DNA from: Escherichia phage vB_EcoM-UFV09
Strand: one strand, 5' to 3'
Sequence record: MZ291552.2
Length of the DNA stretch: 64,000 bases
Below are positions 1 through 9,601 of the stretch, piece by piece. Every line of letters starts with the position of its first letter. Positions within the stretch are counted from its first letter, which is position 1. Made by a program: the position numbers and the translations under genes. The notes below the pieces were generated by a model. The model made no database searches and was not told the DNA's origin. It saw only the letters and a list, made by a program, of their open reading frames with translations.

Positions 1-273
1 AATCCTAAAATTAGACCACCAATGTCTAAAGAACACAGAAATAATATCTCAAACGGGCTTAAAGCAATCGTTCTTGAAGAAACATCCTGCGAATTCTGCG
101 GAATGATAGGCAAGAAATGCGTTATCGCAGCGCATAGAAATTTCTGCAAGAAAAATCCAAATGGACGCAAGAAAACTGAAAAGACTGGTACTTGCGTCCA
201 TTGTGGTAAAGTTACCACTTTCGGAAATTTATCAAGATGGCATAATGATAACTGTAAATATAAACTTAGCTAA
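1..273 (+). CDS. C-terminal fragment of a zinc-finger protein (two CxxC...H...C motifs); possible homing-endonuclease-like DNA-binding domain; reading frame is open to the window edge
   Basis: Frame open from position 1; motifs CEFCG..H..C and CVHCG..H..C; opposite strand to all neighbouring genes. Confidence 0.3.
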   Translation, partial: NPKIRPPMSKEHRNNISNGLKAIVLEETSCEFCGMIGKKCVIAAHRNFCKKNPNGRKKTEKTGTCVHCGKVTTFGNLSRWHNDNCKYKLS

Positions 274-1954
274 TCTTAGCTAAACTAAATCTACCAACTT
301 TTTCCATCTGAATATGCTGACCATATTCTTGTGGGTCATGGTCTTTATGTGAAATTATGAAGAAGTTGGTATCCTTCAAACCATCTAAAATTTTAGCTAC
401 ATTTTTAATACCTTCAGCATCAAATGCACCGTCATACACTTCATCAAGAAATAAACAACTTATTTTAACACCTGAAACTTTTTCAGCAATATCACGCCAA
501 GTAAATAAAAGAGCAATATCAATTCGCGCTTTTTCACCTTGACTGAATGAAGCATAACTAAAATCTTCACGACCACGGGATTTAATTGTCTCATTAAATT
601 CTTCATCTAATGTAAACACATAATCCGCTTCCATTATTTTAAGATAATGGTTAATCTGCTTATTAAATAATGGAATGTACTTTTTAATAATAGCACCTTT
701 AATACCAGAATCTTTGAGCATATCAGTCAAAATTCCTCGGTGGTATTTTTCCATTACTAAATTAGTTTTTGTCTTAACAATTTTATCAAGTTCTTCTTGA
801 AGCAGTGCTATTTCATCAGCATGGTCAATAAACTCAGAAGATGCTTTTTCTATAGCCGCTTTAACCTTTTTAGCTTTATCTACTGCTGCGATCAGAGATT
901 GCTTTTTATTGCGAATATCATTTGCCAACGACTGCTGGGTTTTAATATTATCTCGGTATTCATCAACAAGAACTTTTAAATTATCACGATGTGTTGAAAG
1001 ATGTTCAAACGAATGCGTGCATTCAGAAACTTTATCTTTAATTTTAGAAACAACTTTATCACCGGAACTTAATTGTGACAAACAGGTTGGACATAATCCA
1101 CCTTCGTGATACATATTAATGACTTTATTATACGAGTCAATTTTTGATTTAATTAAAACTGCTTCTTGACCGATTTTATTAAATGCATCAGTCGGGTCTT
1201 CATCTAAAACAATATTAACTAATCTTTCATTAGCTTCTTCTATTTCCGATTTTAGCGTTCTAGCTTCTTTTGCCAAATCATCATACATATTTTGAAGACG
1301 AGTAAGGTTGTCACCCGTTAATTTTTTCTGGCGTTCAACGTTATCATTATATATTTTAATTTGTTGGATAATACTATCTTTTTTAACATCAAGCACTTGG
1401 TTTTGTGAATTTAATTCACGTATTAGTGCTTTATTAAGCTTATCCATTTCAGCTAATGTTCCTACCTCGAGCAGGTCTTCCACAAGCTTTCTTCGCGCAG
1501 GGGTCGACAAACCCATGAAAGGGGTATACCCTGCTGTACCAAGGACAACAATCTGCTTGAAACTGGCATATGACATTCCGATAAGCTGTTCAAATTCTGC
1601 TTGGAAATCTTTACTGCTGGCAGATTCATTAAGACGTGTACCGTTAACGGTGATTTCGAAAACGTTTGGTTTTTGTCCTCTTTTGATATAATACTTTTTC
1701 TCATCATATTCCATCCACAGTTCAACTAAAAGTTCTTTCTTATTTGTGCTGTTTATTAATTGACCTTTCTTTACATCACGAAATGGCTTGCCAAAAAGCC
1801 CAAATGTGATGGCTTCTAACATAGTAGACTTACCACCGCCATTTCGTCCAGTAATAAGAGTTTTTTGAACCTTATCTAATTGAATGTCAATAGGATTTCC
1901 ACCTACTGACATTATATTTTGATACCTAACTCGGTTTAGTTTAAAATTCTTCAC
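266..1954 (-). CDS. 46: Recombination endonuclease subunit gp46 (Rad50/SbcC-like ATPase)
   Basis: 562 aa; Walker A GRNGGGKST; long coiled-coil middle; position upstream of 47 as in T4. Confidence 0.93.
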   Translation of the reverse strand: MKNFKLNRVRYQNIMSVGGNPIDIQLDKVQKTLITGRNGGGKSTMLEAITFGLFGKPFRDVKKGQLINSTNKKELLVELWMEYDEKKYYIKRGQKPNVFEITVNGTRLNESASSKDFQAEFEQLIGMSYASFKQIVVLGTAGYTPFMGLSTPARRKLVEDLLEVGTLAEMDKLNKALIRELNSQNQVLDVKKDSIIQQIKIYNDNVERQKKLTGDNLTRLQNMYDDLAKEARTLKSEIEEANERLVNIVLDEDPTDAFNKIGQEAVLIKSKIDSYNKVINMYHEGGLCPTCLSQLSSGDKVVSKIKDKVSECTHSFEHLSTHRDNLKVLVDEYRDNIKTQQSLANDIRNKKQSLIAAVDKAKKVKAAIEKASSEFIDHADEIALLQEELDKIVKTKTNLVMEKYHRGILTDMLKDSGIKGAIIKKYIPLFNKQINHYLKIMEADYVFTLDEEFNETIKSRGREDFSYASFSQGEKARIDIALLFTWRDIAEKVSGVKISCLFLDEVYDGAFDAEGIKNVAKILDGLKDTNFFIISHKDHDPQEYGQHIQMEKVGRFSLAKIS

Positions 1955-2214
1955 AAAAGATTCCTTTTAATGTATCTTTTAGACCATTCTATCATATCAT
2001 CATAATCTAAAAAGTATTCATCAAATTCAGCCATGCAAACAACACCTTGTGCTGCTTTTGATGTGATATAAATTATTCCAACATATCTAGAATCTTCTTC
2101 GGTATAATCAATATTTGCTATGAATTCATCATTAATGTCAAATGTCGAAAACTTCACAGTATGCATCCTTAATACAAGATACAGCCATATCTTGTAATGA
2201 TTTAGGTGTATCAT
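1951..2214 (-). CDS. Hypothetical small protein (T4 46.1-like position); start uncertain
   Basis: ORF with ATGA-type overlap onto gene 46 start. Confidence 0.45.
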   Translation of the reverse strand: MIHLNHYKIWLYLVLRMHTVKFSTFDINDEFIANIDYTEEDSRYVGIIYITSKAAQGVVCMAEFDEYFLDYDDMIEWSKRYIKRNLL

Positions 2215-2401
2215 TATCTAAAATGTTGAAGTTAAAAGATACAGCCCAATCTGTACAGACCGTAACCTTTTTAATACAATTATCTTCAACCTCTAACGGT
2301 TCAAACCAATATTCAATAATTTCTTTATGCCCAATATCATCTTTTACTTCGCATTCAAAATGCTGACTCATCATAACATTTTTAAATTCATCAAAAGTCA
2401 T
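2138..2401 (-). CDS. Hypothetical small protein (T4 46.2-like position)
   Basis: ORF whose start overlaps gene 47 stop. Confidence 0.45.
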   Translation of the reverse strand: MTFDEFKNVMMSQHFECEVKDDIGHKEIIEYWFEPLEVEDNCIKKVTVCTDWAVSFNFNILDNDTPKSLQDMAVSCIKDAYCEVFDI

Positions 2402-3417
2402 TGTGTTGCCTCTACATATAGCTGGTTTGCATATTGAATAAGTGCTTCACGATCAGAATCAGTGATGTCTGGAATTGCATTAATGTATTCTTCCATCAAC
2501 GTCTGAAGAGATTGAACTTCAACTTCTTCACTGTCATCTGACTCGACAGAGTTATCAATTTTTGACACAACTCGTAATGAATGCACAACTTTTTCTAGTT
2601 CAGATTCGAACTTCGTCAGATTTTTGTCTACTTCAGTTACTATAACACGTACTGATAGATTTGTAAAATCTTTATAGTCAATTTTTCCTTTAAATGGATA
2701 ATGAATTCTACGATGCCAGGTAGTATTGTTTGGAATAAATTCCATTCGTTCTGTTTCTGTATCAAACATCCAGAACCCACGAGGGTCATTCTCGTCACCT
2801 GCAGTTAGTGTCCATGGTGTCCCAATATATCTGACGTTAGCAGCCTCAGAGATAGTATGGAAGTGACCAGACCACACTTCTTTATAAGTCTTAAGGAAAT
2901 CAGGTTCAAGACCATGAGATTTCATTCCTTTATAAAAATAAAATCCGTTCAGTTCCCAGTGACCGACGCAAAAAGAAGCAGATGAAGTTTTGATGTGCTC
3001 AAGAATTTCACCAGTATTTTCTTCACACATCCAAGGAATTAAATCAATTAAACATCCGTCAAAATCTACTGTAGTAGGCTTATCATATACTTTAACATTA
3101 GGATATTTAGCCAAAAGCTCAGTAGAAGCATTTGGATGCATTACATTTTTATAGTGGAGATCGTGATTTCCTACAATAGTATGTAGGGTAATACCAGCAT
3201 CATCAAGCATTTGAACTATTTCACGGGCAAACTCCATAGTTTTATGCGTGATCGCTTTTCGCACATCAAAAATATCACCGTATTGAATCCAAGTAGTAAT
3301 TCCATTTTTCTTAGAATATTCTATCGCTTGCTTAATTCCATCAATTTGAATACCGCGAATCCACTCATCATCGGCTTTAACGCCTAAATGCCAATCACCT
3401 AAATTTAAAATTTTCAT
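2398..3417 (-). CDS. 47: Recombination endonuclease subunit gp47 (Mre11-like phosphoesterase)
   Basis: 339 aa; GDWHLG and GNHD phosphoesterase motifs. Confidence 0.93.
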   Translation of the reverse strand: MKILNLGDWHLGVKADDEWIRGIQIDGIKQAIEYSKKNGITTWIQYGDIFDVRKAITHKTMEFAREIVQMLDDAGITLHTIVGNHDLHYKNVMHPNASTELLAKYPNVKVYDKPTTVDFDGCLIDLIPWMCEENTGEILEHIKTSSASFCVGHWELNGFYFYKGMKSHGLEPDFLKTYKEVWSGHFHTISEAANVRYIGTPWTLTAGDENDPRGFWMFDTETERMEFIPNNTTWHRRIHYPFKGKIDYKDFTNLSVRVIVTEVDKNLTKFESELEKVVHSLRVVSKIDNSVESDDSEEVEVQSLQTLMEEYINAIPDITDSDREALIQYANQLYVEATQ

Positions 3418-3577
3418 ATATCAAGAACCGTCATTGAAATGCAAAATAAAATTATTGAAATAAAACCATCTGGAGTACTAAAGAATCCAACCCAACACGC
3501 TCTAGTGAAAAGATAAAACGCGAGAAAAAGTATCACATATCCAAGAAATATCATTATATCAAACTCCATATAAAGCT

Positions 3578-3595
3578 AAAGGGCCGAAGCCCTTT
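3578..3595 (-). terminator. Stem-loop (GGGCC-GAAG-GCCC type) at the 3' end of a-gt
   Basis: aaagggccgaagcccttt inverted repeat overlapping the a-gt stop codon. Confidence 0.5.
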
Positions 3596-4796
3596 ATTTT
3601 GTAATAATGTCAAACTGCTCTTTAAAGCAGAAGCTTGAATCTTGGTGCTGATACAAAAATTCATAAGCTTTTTCGCGTTCACGGTCATAAAGAGTTCGGT
3701 CAGATGACAGTTCTTTAATACGTTCAAATGTTGATTCCATGTCATTTTCATCAAACCAAATGATACCGCTATCATGCGAGGTCAAAGGAGTATTATCAAC
3801 ACGGAATTTTAAATTTTCGCCTGTAGATTTCCAAAATACCGGAATTGTTCCACATGCACCAAGCTCGAGATGAGTATATTCTAAAGAACGTTGTAGATAT
3901 TTTTTGTCCAACTTACTCAGCTGATAACCAAATCCGGATTTACTCATGCGTTCAAGCATTTCGCTATTTACATAACGGTCAAGAATTTGCGTTGGCAAAT
4001 TAGGAGCAATTTTAATTTGGTCTACTTGATGAAGACGATAATACTCGTATGGAATTCCTTTTTCTTTAATAGGAATGAACGCTGGAGAACGTTCCAGACC
4101 TTCCATAATAGTACTTAGTCCTGCAGGTTTAAGATGTTTTTCATGAAAATCAAACATCTGATAAAAACCTTTCCACGTAGTAGTACGACCAATCCAACGA
4201 TTGATATTCATGTTAATTTCAGAAACATCTTTCCAGTAGGTTGATCGAACCTTTGCAATATCCATCGGAGGCTGAAAGTTATATACTGTCGGTGCTTCTT
4301 CAATATCATCAAACAGAGAAACTGTTTCAGGATACCATTCTTTCATCAGAACTTTATTAAAATCGCCATTATCAGAATGGCTAAAAATAACATCAGCTCG
4401 ACGAACAGTTTCTTCTAATCCCAAATTTCGACGCAAAGAAAGAGAAGAATGGTCATGTTGATAAACTACAACACGAACAGAAGGTTTAATGTTATCAATA
4501 ATTTTTTTATAGTTATTAATAGTGTCTTCTTCAACTGAAGTAGCAGGAACTGAATTGATAATTAGAATATCACAATCATTTACCAGCTTAAGTGTTTTAT
4601 CGTATTCTTTTGCCAATAAAACCGGAATTGAAAATGATTTATAATCATGCGCGCAATTACGAGTAAATGATTTATCTTTAGCATAAACCAAAGTTACTTC
4701 ATGACCATTTTTAATAAACCAATCACGTTGCTCAAGAGAAAATTTAGTTACACCACAACCTTCAAGACCTCGAGCCATAAAAATACATACTTTCAT
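3594..4796 (-). CDS. a-gt: DNA alpha-glucosyltransferase (hydroxymethylcytosine glucosylation)
   Basis: 400 aa; near-identical over its length to T4 AGT as I recall it (MxxCIFMARGLEGCGVTKFSLEQRDWFIKNGHEV...). Confidence 0.93.
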   Translation of the reverse strand: MKVCIFMARGLEGCGVTKFSLEQRDWFIKNGHEVTLVYAKDKSFTRNCAHDYKSFSIPVLLAKEYDKTLKLVNDCDILIINSVPATSVEEDTINNYKKIIDNIKPSVRVVVYQHDHSSLSLRRNLGLEETVRRADVIFSHSDNGDFNKVLMKEWYPETVSLFDDIEEAPTVYNFQPPMDIAKVRSTYWKDVSEINMNINRWIGRTTTWKGFYQMFDFHEKHLKPAGLSTIMEGLERSPAFIPIKEKGIPYEYYRLHQVDQIKIAPNLPTQILDRYVNSEMLERMSKSGFGYQLSKLDKKYLQRSLEYTHLELGACGTIPVFWKSTGENLKFRVDNTPLTSHDSGIIWFDENDMESTFERIKELSSDRTLYDREREKAYEFLYQHQDSSFCFKEQFDIITK

Positions 4797-4846
4797 TTAA
4801 TATCCTCTTTGTTTTGGTTTATTTTACCAAAAATTTATAAAGCAAT

Positions 4847-4864
4847 ATAGGAGCCGAAGCTCCT
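4847..4864 (-). terminator. Stem-loop hairpin upstream of a-gt
   Basis: taggagccgaagctccta inverted repeat with CGAA-type loop. Confidence 0.45.
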
Positions 4865-5036
4865 ATCCGCATAATACACCATACAAAGGCTCATTAGAGC
4901 TTCTAAATTTTATGCGCTTATATGTTATAGTTCCTTCTGCTTTAGCTTTATCATGAGACTCTTTAAAGCGTCTCATCATTTCCTTTTTAGAGGAACGAAT
5001 TTTATAATCTATTTCAGAAGTCTGGGTGTTCATCTT

Positions 5037-5243
5037 TCATAACTGCCACCATTTTTTGACTTGATAAGAATCAACCCACACTTTCATATTAGGGTCTGCT
5101 CTTACAATAGGAGGATTAACTTCTTTAATTGAACTATCATGGTATTCTTTTTCAGAAATTTTCACACAAAGATGACCATTCAAAGATTCAGTAAATCCTG
5201 CATTAATTTTAAGACGCTTGAATTTTACGTGTGTAAGCATCAA
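5037..5243 (-). CDS. Hypothetical protein, 68 aa
   Basis: ORF; overlaps upstream ORF by about 35 nt, start uncertain. Confidence 0.35.
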   Translation of the reverse strand: MMLTHVKFKRLKINAGFTESLNGHLCVKISEKEYHDSSIKEVNPPIVRADPNMKVWVDSYQVKKWWQL

Positions 5244-5526
5244 TCATATCCTCAATCTGCGATCTAGTAGTCTTCCAAAGAATACTAATGAGTTCATCGT
5301 TATATGGCTGTTTTAGAATATCCCGACTTTTCTTGATAGCATATTCGTATTGAGCAAAATTATTATTTTCAGCTGCAATCTGAGCGTGCTTATAAAGACG
5401 ATTCAGTTCGCGTTTGTTTTTAGACAATAACTTATTTGCTTTTCTTTCTGCTTCAAGACGGTTCTTTTCTTCAATAGAAGAAATAAGCTTTTCCACTTCA
5501 TCATTAATTTCGGGTTTATCAGTCAT
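5209..5526 (-). CDS. Hypothetical protein, 105 aa, charged/helical
   Basis: ORF in the compact minus-strand gene array. Confidence 0.5.
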   Translation of the reverse strand: MTDKPEINDEVEKLISSIEEKNRLEAERKANKLLSKNKRELNRLYKHAQIAAENNNFAQYEYAIKKSRDILKQPYNDELISILWKTTRSQIEDMIDAYTRKIQAS

Positions 5527-5527
5527 A

Positions 5528-5746
5528 TTATTTCTCTAATATAAAATAAAAATCATCATCTGTTAAATGATACCGATAGTTTAATTCTACACCATTAGAT
5601 TTAAAAGCGGTATCATACGGATTTTCTGGATCAATATCAATGTCAAGAGCTAAAACTTCCCTGAGATACATTTTAAGTAAATAGGGAATAGCTTCAACTT
5701 CAGGTATTTCTTCCAAGAATCCGGAGAGGTTAATCGTTAGCCTCAT
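5528..5746 (-). CDS. Hypothetical protein, 72 aa
   Basis: ORF whose start overlaps the gp55 stop region. Confidence 0.45.
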
Positions 5747-6287
5747 ATAAAAAATCCAAACTAGGAGAATCGTCTACAACACTTTTCTTTTCAGCCCCCG
5801 GTGTTCTATAGGTTGATTCTTCGTAATGCGTCATTTTATCGTAGATGTCTTGAATAAAAGTTTCATCTACTAACGCAACCATATCGTCGTCACGGCTGTC
5901 ATAGACATTGTGAACGAAGTAACTATATTTCTTTGCAACTTCCTTACGTTCTTTTTTAATACGTTGGACGAATGCATTAAAACAAGCTTGAGTTATATAC
6001 GCATGTGGGTTTTTATATTTCGTTTCATCAAAATTATGAAGCCCCTTAATAGAAGCTTCTATACCATCTGCAATCATTTCTTGTTTCCAAGATTGGGTGT
6101 ATCCTGAAAAGTTGAAACGTTTAGATAAGCCTTCTGCAATAAGCATAATGGCTAATCCGATAGTATCATTCTGACGAACTACTTTATTTGGGTCTTTATT
6201 ATTTGCTAATTCTGTTTTCCAATCAATAATAGCTTGTAAAAGCTCTTTATTGTTTACGTAATTATATTTAGGCTTAGTTTCTGACAT
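5730..6287 (-). CDS. 55: Late-transcription sigma factor gp55
   Basis: [23 protein letters not shown]... matches T4 gp55; start trimmed to the third in-frame ATG (185 aa). Confidence 0.9.
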
Positions 6288-6365
6288 TTTCACCTCTTAG
6301 CTCAATTCATAGATCTATTATATCATAATATTTGAAGATCTATCTTAAAGCATAGAGGATATCAG

Positions 6366-6635
6366 TTATCTAAGTAAACAGTATGCTTGGAACACTTTCT
6401 CCATCATCTTTTTAAATTCATGAATATCTATATAATGACTAGTTAGATCAGCATGATATAAAAAGTCTAAAAACTTTTCATGTGTACTAACATATTCGCT
6501 TTCATTTAATTCAGAAACATGGCTTTCCCAATATCCAACACCAGTCTTATTTGGGAAAAATGAAATTTTCATGTATTGGTCAACATAGAAAATGCCATAA
6601 TTTTCAATAGTAATAGAAATATTAATAAATTTCAT
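6366..6635 (-). CDS. Hypothetical protein, 89 aa
   Basis: ORF; ATGA overlap with upstream ORF. Confidence 0.5.
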   Translation of the reverse strand: MKFINISITIENYGIFYVDQYMKISFFPNKTGVGYWESHVSELNESEYVSTHEKFLDFLYHADLTSHYIDIHEFKKMMEKVFQAYCLLR

Positions 6636-6847
6636 ACATTCATCAACTTAGCCGCTTCAAGAGCTGCATCTAGTGAATCAAATTGGTCAACATATTCAAT
6701 CAATTCGCCGTAATTAGCGTATAACCACCATTGACTGAATTCATATTCAAGGATAAATCCATTTCCCTCAATTTGAGTTAAACCATTGCCGTTTGTATTT
6801 ACTTCATATCCGGCAAGACGCAAATCGTTAATAAGAGCTTCGTTCAT
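6632..6847 (-). CDS. Hypothetical protein, 71 aa, acidic
   Basis: ORF in coupled array. Confidence 0.5.
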   Translation of the reverse strand: MNEALINDLRLAGYEVNTNGNGLTQIEGNGFILEYEFSQWWLYANYGELIEYVDQFDSLDAALEAAKLMNV

Positions 6848-6849
6848 AA

Positions 6850-7176
6850 TTATACCTTAGTAATTTTCAGGTCTGCAAATTTTTTCTTGCGTTGATTTTT
6901 CATGCGACGAATAGTTTTATCGGAAATTTCATGCTTTTGATAAGCTTTAGATTCTACACCGAAAGCTTTAACATCAAATTCTGACAAGATATATTGAACC
7001 AACAATTCGCGGATAGTGTTGCGTCCAATCTTCTGATCATTCTGTTTCATCGTCTGATGAAGCTCTTTTTCCCATTTATCCAAAATTTGAGGAGTTACAA
7101 TATCGCCTTTTTCTAACAAAGAAACTACTTTATCATATGCGTAAGAATTGATGGCGTTTTTAATTTGAATAGTCAT
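6850..7176 (-). CDS. Hypothetical protein, 108 aa, basic C-terminus
   Basis: ORF. Confidence 0.5.
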   Translation of the reverse strand: MTIQIKNAINSYAYDKVVSLLEKGDIVTPQILDKWEKELHQTMKQNDQKIGRNTIRELLVQYILSEFDVKAFGVESKAYQKHEISDKTIRRMKNQRKKKFADLKITKV

Positions 7177-7215
7177 ACATTATCCTCAATTGCATTAAAA
7201 TTTTATTATCCAAAA

Positions 7216-7231
7216 AAGGGCCGAAGCCCTT
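7216..7231 (-). terminator. Stem-loop hairpin (GGGCC-GAAG-GCCC)
   Basis: aagggccgaagccctt inverted repeat in intergenic gap. Confidence 0.5.
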
Positions 7232-7430
7232 AGCTAAACTTTTTGGCACCCTTCCAGCCTTCGTACATCATTGCGGCTGATATTAATATTGCTCCTGAGC
7301 AACTTGAATATTTGTGATTCCAAAACCAGTTTAGAAAAACTTCGTCATCAATACCTTGGGCTATCATATTTTCAAAGAACTGACGACGAGATTCGGCAAT
7401 TCGTTGCGATAATTTAGATTCAGGATTCAT
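7230..7430 (-). CDS. Hypothetical protein, 66 aa
   Basis: ORF. Confidence 0.45.
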   Translation of the reverse strand: MNPESKLSQRIAESRRQFFENMIAQGIDDEVFLNWFWNHKYSSCSGAILISAAMMYEGWKGAKKFS

Positions 7431-7562
7431 TTAAATTTTCCAGTTACCATTTTCATCAATAAATTTAATCCAGTCATTTACTGACCACTTAGTTGTATCA
7501 CCTTTTGGAGTAACATTTAAAGTATATAACCCCTGCTTAAAAAGCATTCGTTTGATATTCAT
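7431..7562 (-). CDS. Hypothetical small protein, about 43 aa; start ambiguous (ORF track gives 7431..7646)
   Basis: Internal ATG at 7562 avoids the long overlap with the upstream gene. Confidence 0.3.
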   Translation of the reverse strand: MNIKRMLFKQGLYTLNVTPKGDTTKWSVNDWIKFIDENGNWKI

Positions 7563-7569
7563 ATTTTCC

Positions 7570-7863
7570 TCAGCTGTAACGATAACACTCGTTTGATTTA
7601 CGTTTAGCAACTCGTTGAGAAGTATTATAATCAAAATCATCGTCAATGTAAACTGATTTTTTCAACTTTCTTACTTCACCACGCAGTTGACGATTTAACT
7701 CATCTTTAACTTCTGAATCAATACCTTTCATTCTACGCCATTTATCTGAGCGAAAAATGTTTTCAACCATATCTTTATGACTTACACCATCAGGAGCTTT
7801 ACGCTTTCCGAAATAGTCATAATCACGTACTTTTAAATCTCTACGACGATACGTTTTACCCAT
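7570..7863 (-). CDS. Hypothetical basic protein, 97 aa (MGKTYRRRDLKVRDYDYFGK...)
   Basis: ATG at 7863 overlaps the stop of the upstream small ORF; ORF-track N-terminus is an extension. Confidence 0.5.
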   Translation of the reverse strand: MGKTYRRRDLKVRDYDYFGKRKAPDGVSHKDMVENIFRSDKWRRMKGIDSEVKDELNRQLRGEVRKLKKSVYIDDDFDYNTSQRVAKRKSNECYRYS

Positions 7864-8032
7864 GGAGTTTAATTTCCTTAGCAACTGAACTAAATACAGC
7901 ACGGTCACAAATCATACGTTTGTTCCATTTAATCACGGTATAATGAACATCTAAATCATCGACTGCTGTGACAATAACGATATGTCCGTTAACACGATAG
8001 TACTGGTCAATTTTAATCTCTTTATCAACCAT
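7856..8032 (-). CDS. Small ORF, 58 aa (MVDKEIKIDQYYRVNGHIVIV...), not in the ORF track
   Basis: Translated by hand; GAGG Shine-Dalgarno upstream; early promoter immediately upstream; stop overlaps next start. Confidence 0.45.
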   Translation of the reverse strand: MVDKEIKIDQYYRVNGHIVIVTAVDDLDVHYTVIKWNKRMICDRAVFSSVAKEIKLHG

Positions 8033-8062
8033 ATCAATTCCTCAAAGGTAATTCATATGTTA

Positions 8063-8092
8063 ATAATACCACGGTTTGAACTTGTTGTAAAC
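8063..8092 (-). promoter_or_regulatory. Early promoter (sigma70-type): GTTTAC -35, 17-bp spacer, TGG-TATTAT extended -10
   Basis: Minus-strand reading gtttacaacaagttcaaaccgtggtattat. Confidence 0.55.
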
Positions 8093-8172
8093 AACTTTGT
8101 GAAAAATATTTTATGGAATGATAAGAAAGGAACGATAGCTTACAATGGTAATATACAGAATGTGAGAAAGAA

Positions 8173-8187
8173 GGGCCCAGAGGGCCC
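8173..8187 (-). terminator. Stem-loop GGGCCC-aga-GGGCCC downstream of the nrdH-like gene
   Basis: Perfect 6-bp inverted repeat immediately after the stop. Confidence 0.5.
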
Positions 8188-8190
8188 GTC

Positions 8191-8514
8191 TTAGTCTTCT
8201 ATGATATCTCTATCATATCCAAGTGAAATGAGAGTTTCTTTGAAGTGTTTAATGTTCTTTTGTCTAGAATCATTAATGAAAATGACAGGATACCGAATAT
8301 TAAGAGATGTGAATCCGGCGCGTTTGGCAAGAGATACAATCAGTGGACGATCATACTCAATCTTACCATTATTAGTAAGAACTTTATAGAAAGTAAAAGG
8401 AGCATTGAGCTCCTTTAGAAGTTTTGTAACTGATTGACATCCAGGACAACGACCTACTTCATCTGGAATTCCATAGACTTCAATCTTATTCTTTAAGTTC
8501 GAGTTTTGTTCCAC
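8191..8514 (-). CDS. nrdH: Glutaredoxin-like protein (NrdH-like, CPGC active site)
   Basis: CxxC motif GRCPGCQS; probable GTG start at 8514 with AAGGA Shine-Dalgarno 9 nt upstream; ORF-track ATG at 8643 is likely an over-extension. Confidence 0.6.
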   Translation of the reverse strand: MEQNSNLKNKIEVYGIPDEVGRCPGCQSVTKLLKELNAPFTFYKVLTNNGKIEYDRPLIVSLAKRAGFTSLNIRYPVIFINDSRQKNIKHFKETLISLGYDRDIIED

Positions 8515-8797
8515 GAGAAATAATTCCTTGGTAAGCCCAATAAGGAGGATTAACAGAATCCTCACCAGAGTTTTCTTCAGGAAAATAAACCTGGATAACG
8601 AAGCCGGATTCATCAAAGGTGAAATAAGTAGTAGGCAGTTCACCTAACAAATCGGCACGAGCATTAATTTCTTCGAGGTCTTGTTCACGTCCAACCCAGA
8701 AGCTTGGGTTCAGACTACATTCATAGAAATAATAGTCATTACCGAACATATCAAAACCATTCCAACTCTCTACTACATACCGCTCAAAACTAATCAT
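8486..8797 (-). CDS. Hypothetical acidic protein, 103 aa
   Basis: ORF. Confidence 0.45.
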   Translation of the reverse strand: MISFERYVVESWNGFDMFGNDYYFYECSLNPSFWVGREQDLEEINARADLLGELPTTYFTFDESGFVIQVYFPEENSGEDSVNPPYWAYQGIISRGTKLELKE

Positions 8798-8799
8798 AA

Positions 8800-9015
8800 T
8801 TAAGCCTTTTTATCAAGAACAGCATTCAGCTTGTTAGTAATTTTATCCAGACGCTCATTGAACTCACTAGAAGATAAGCCCTTTTCTGGAGAAATTAAAC
8901 TAATAACGAAAAATACAACAATAAAAGGAATAAGGAAAATAGCTCCAACTGCCATAAACAGAAAGAATGTTACAGTTGTAAGAAAATCAGCTAAACCTTT
9001 ACGAAATTTATACAT
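8800..9015 (-). CDS. Small membrane protein, 71 aa (one hydrophobic helix)
   Basis: Hydrophobic stretch FFLFMAVGAIFLIPFIVVFFVISLI. Confidence 0.5.
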   Translation of the reverse strand: MYKFRKGLADFLTTVTFFLFMAVGAIFLIPFIVVFFVISLISPEKGLSSSEFNERLDKITNKLNAVLDKKA

Positions 9016-9130
9016 ATTTTACCCTTAATTGATTAACCAAGCATTGATAAACACTAAACTATATTGGGAATAAAATTCTGGACCAAAATGAAAAATCATA
9101 TCATTTATAGTATCCATAATGTAATTCAAT

Positions 9131-9601
9131 TTAATCATGTTTCCACACCCCATCGGTATTTGACCAAAGTCGCTGATTATCTGATCCTCGCCACAGCTTT
9201 TTAGTCGGAAGATTTTTCTCATACTTCCCATCAATAATAACATCAACATATTTAAGCATTTCTAGTTGTTTAATATCTTCAAACTTATATCCTGTCCACA
9301 ACCAAATGCTTTTATTAGGATAAAGATTTTTAATAGTTTGAACCACAGAGTGAATCACGTCTCTGTTATCAGGATAGAGAGGGTCACCTCCAGTTATAGT
9401 TAATCCTTCTATATAATCATTATTCAAACATTCAATTAATTGTTCTAGTGTTTCACCAGTGAATGGAACGCCATTTCTAGCATTCCATGTTGATTTATTA
9501 TAACACCCTTCACATTTATGCAAACAACCTGTAACGAAAAGAACGACCCTGCATCCAGGGCCATTCACAAAATCACAGGGATAAAATCTATCGTAATTCA
9601 T
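9131..9601 (-). CDS. nrdG: Anaerobic ribonucleotide reductase activating protein (radical SAM)
   Basis: 156 aa; CxxxCxxC cluster (GCLHKCEGC); overlaps nrdD stop. Confidence 0.92.
   Translation of the reverse strand: MNYDRFYPCDFVNGPGCRVVLFVTGCLHKCEGCYNKSTWNARNGVPFTGETLEQLIECLNNDYIEGLTITGGDPLYPDNRDVIHSVVQTIKNLYPNKSIWLWTGYKFEDIKQLEMLKYVDVIIDGKYEKNLPTKKLWRGSDNQRLWSNTDGVWKHD

Noticed and set aside
357-1725. Plus- and minus-strand ORFs of 60-127 aa nested inside gene 46 (357..542, 797..979, 909..1109, 1308..1691, 1462..1725)
   Set aside because: Fully contained within a well-supported long gene on the other frame or strand; low-complexity translations; typical shadow ORFs.
3554-3775. 73-aa ORF overlapping the 3' end of a-gt
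   Set aside because: Alternative frame inside the a-gt coding sequence; no independent start signals.
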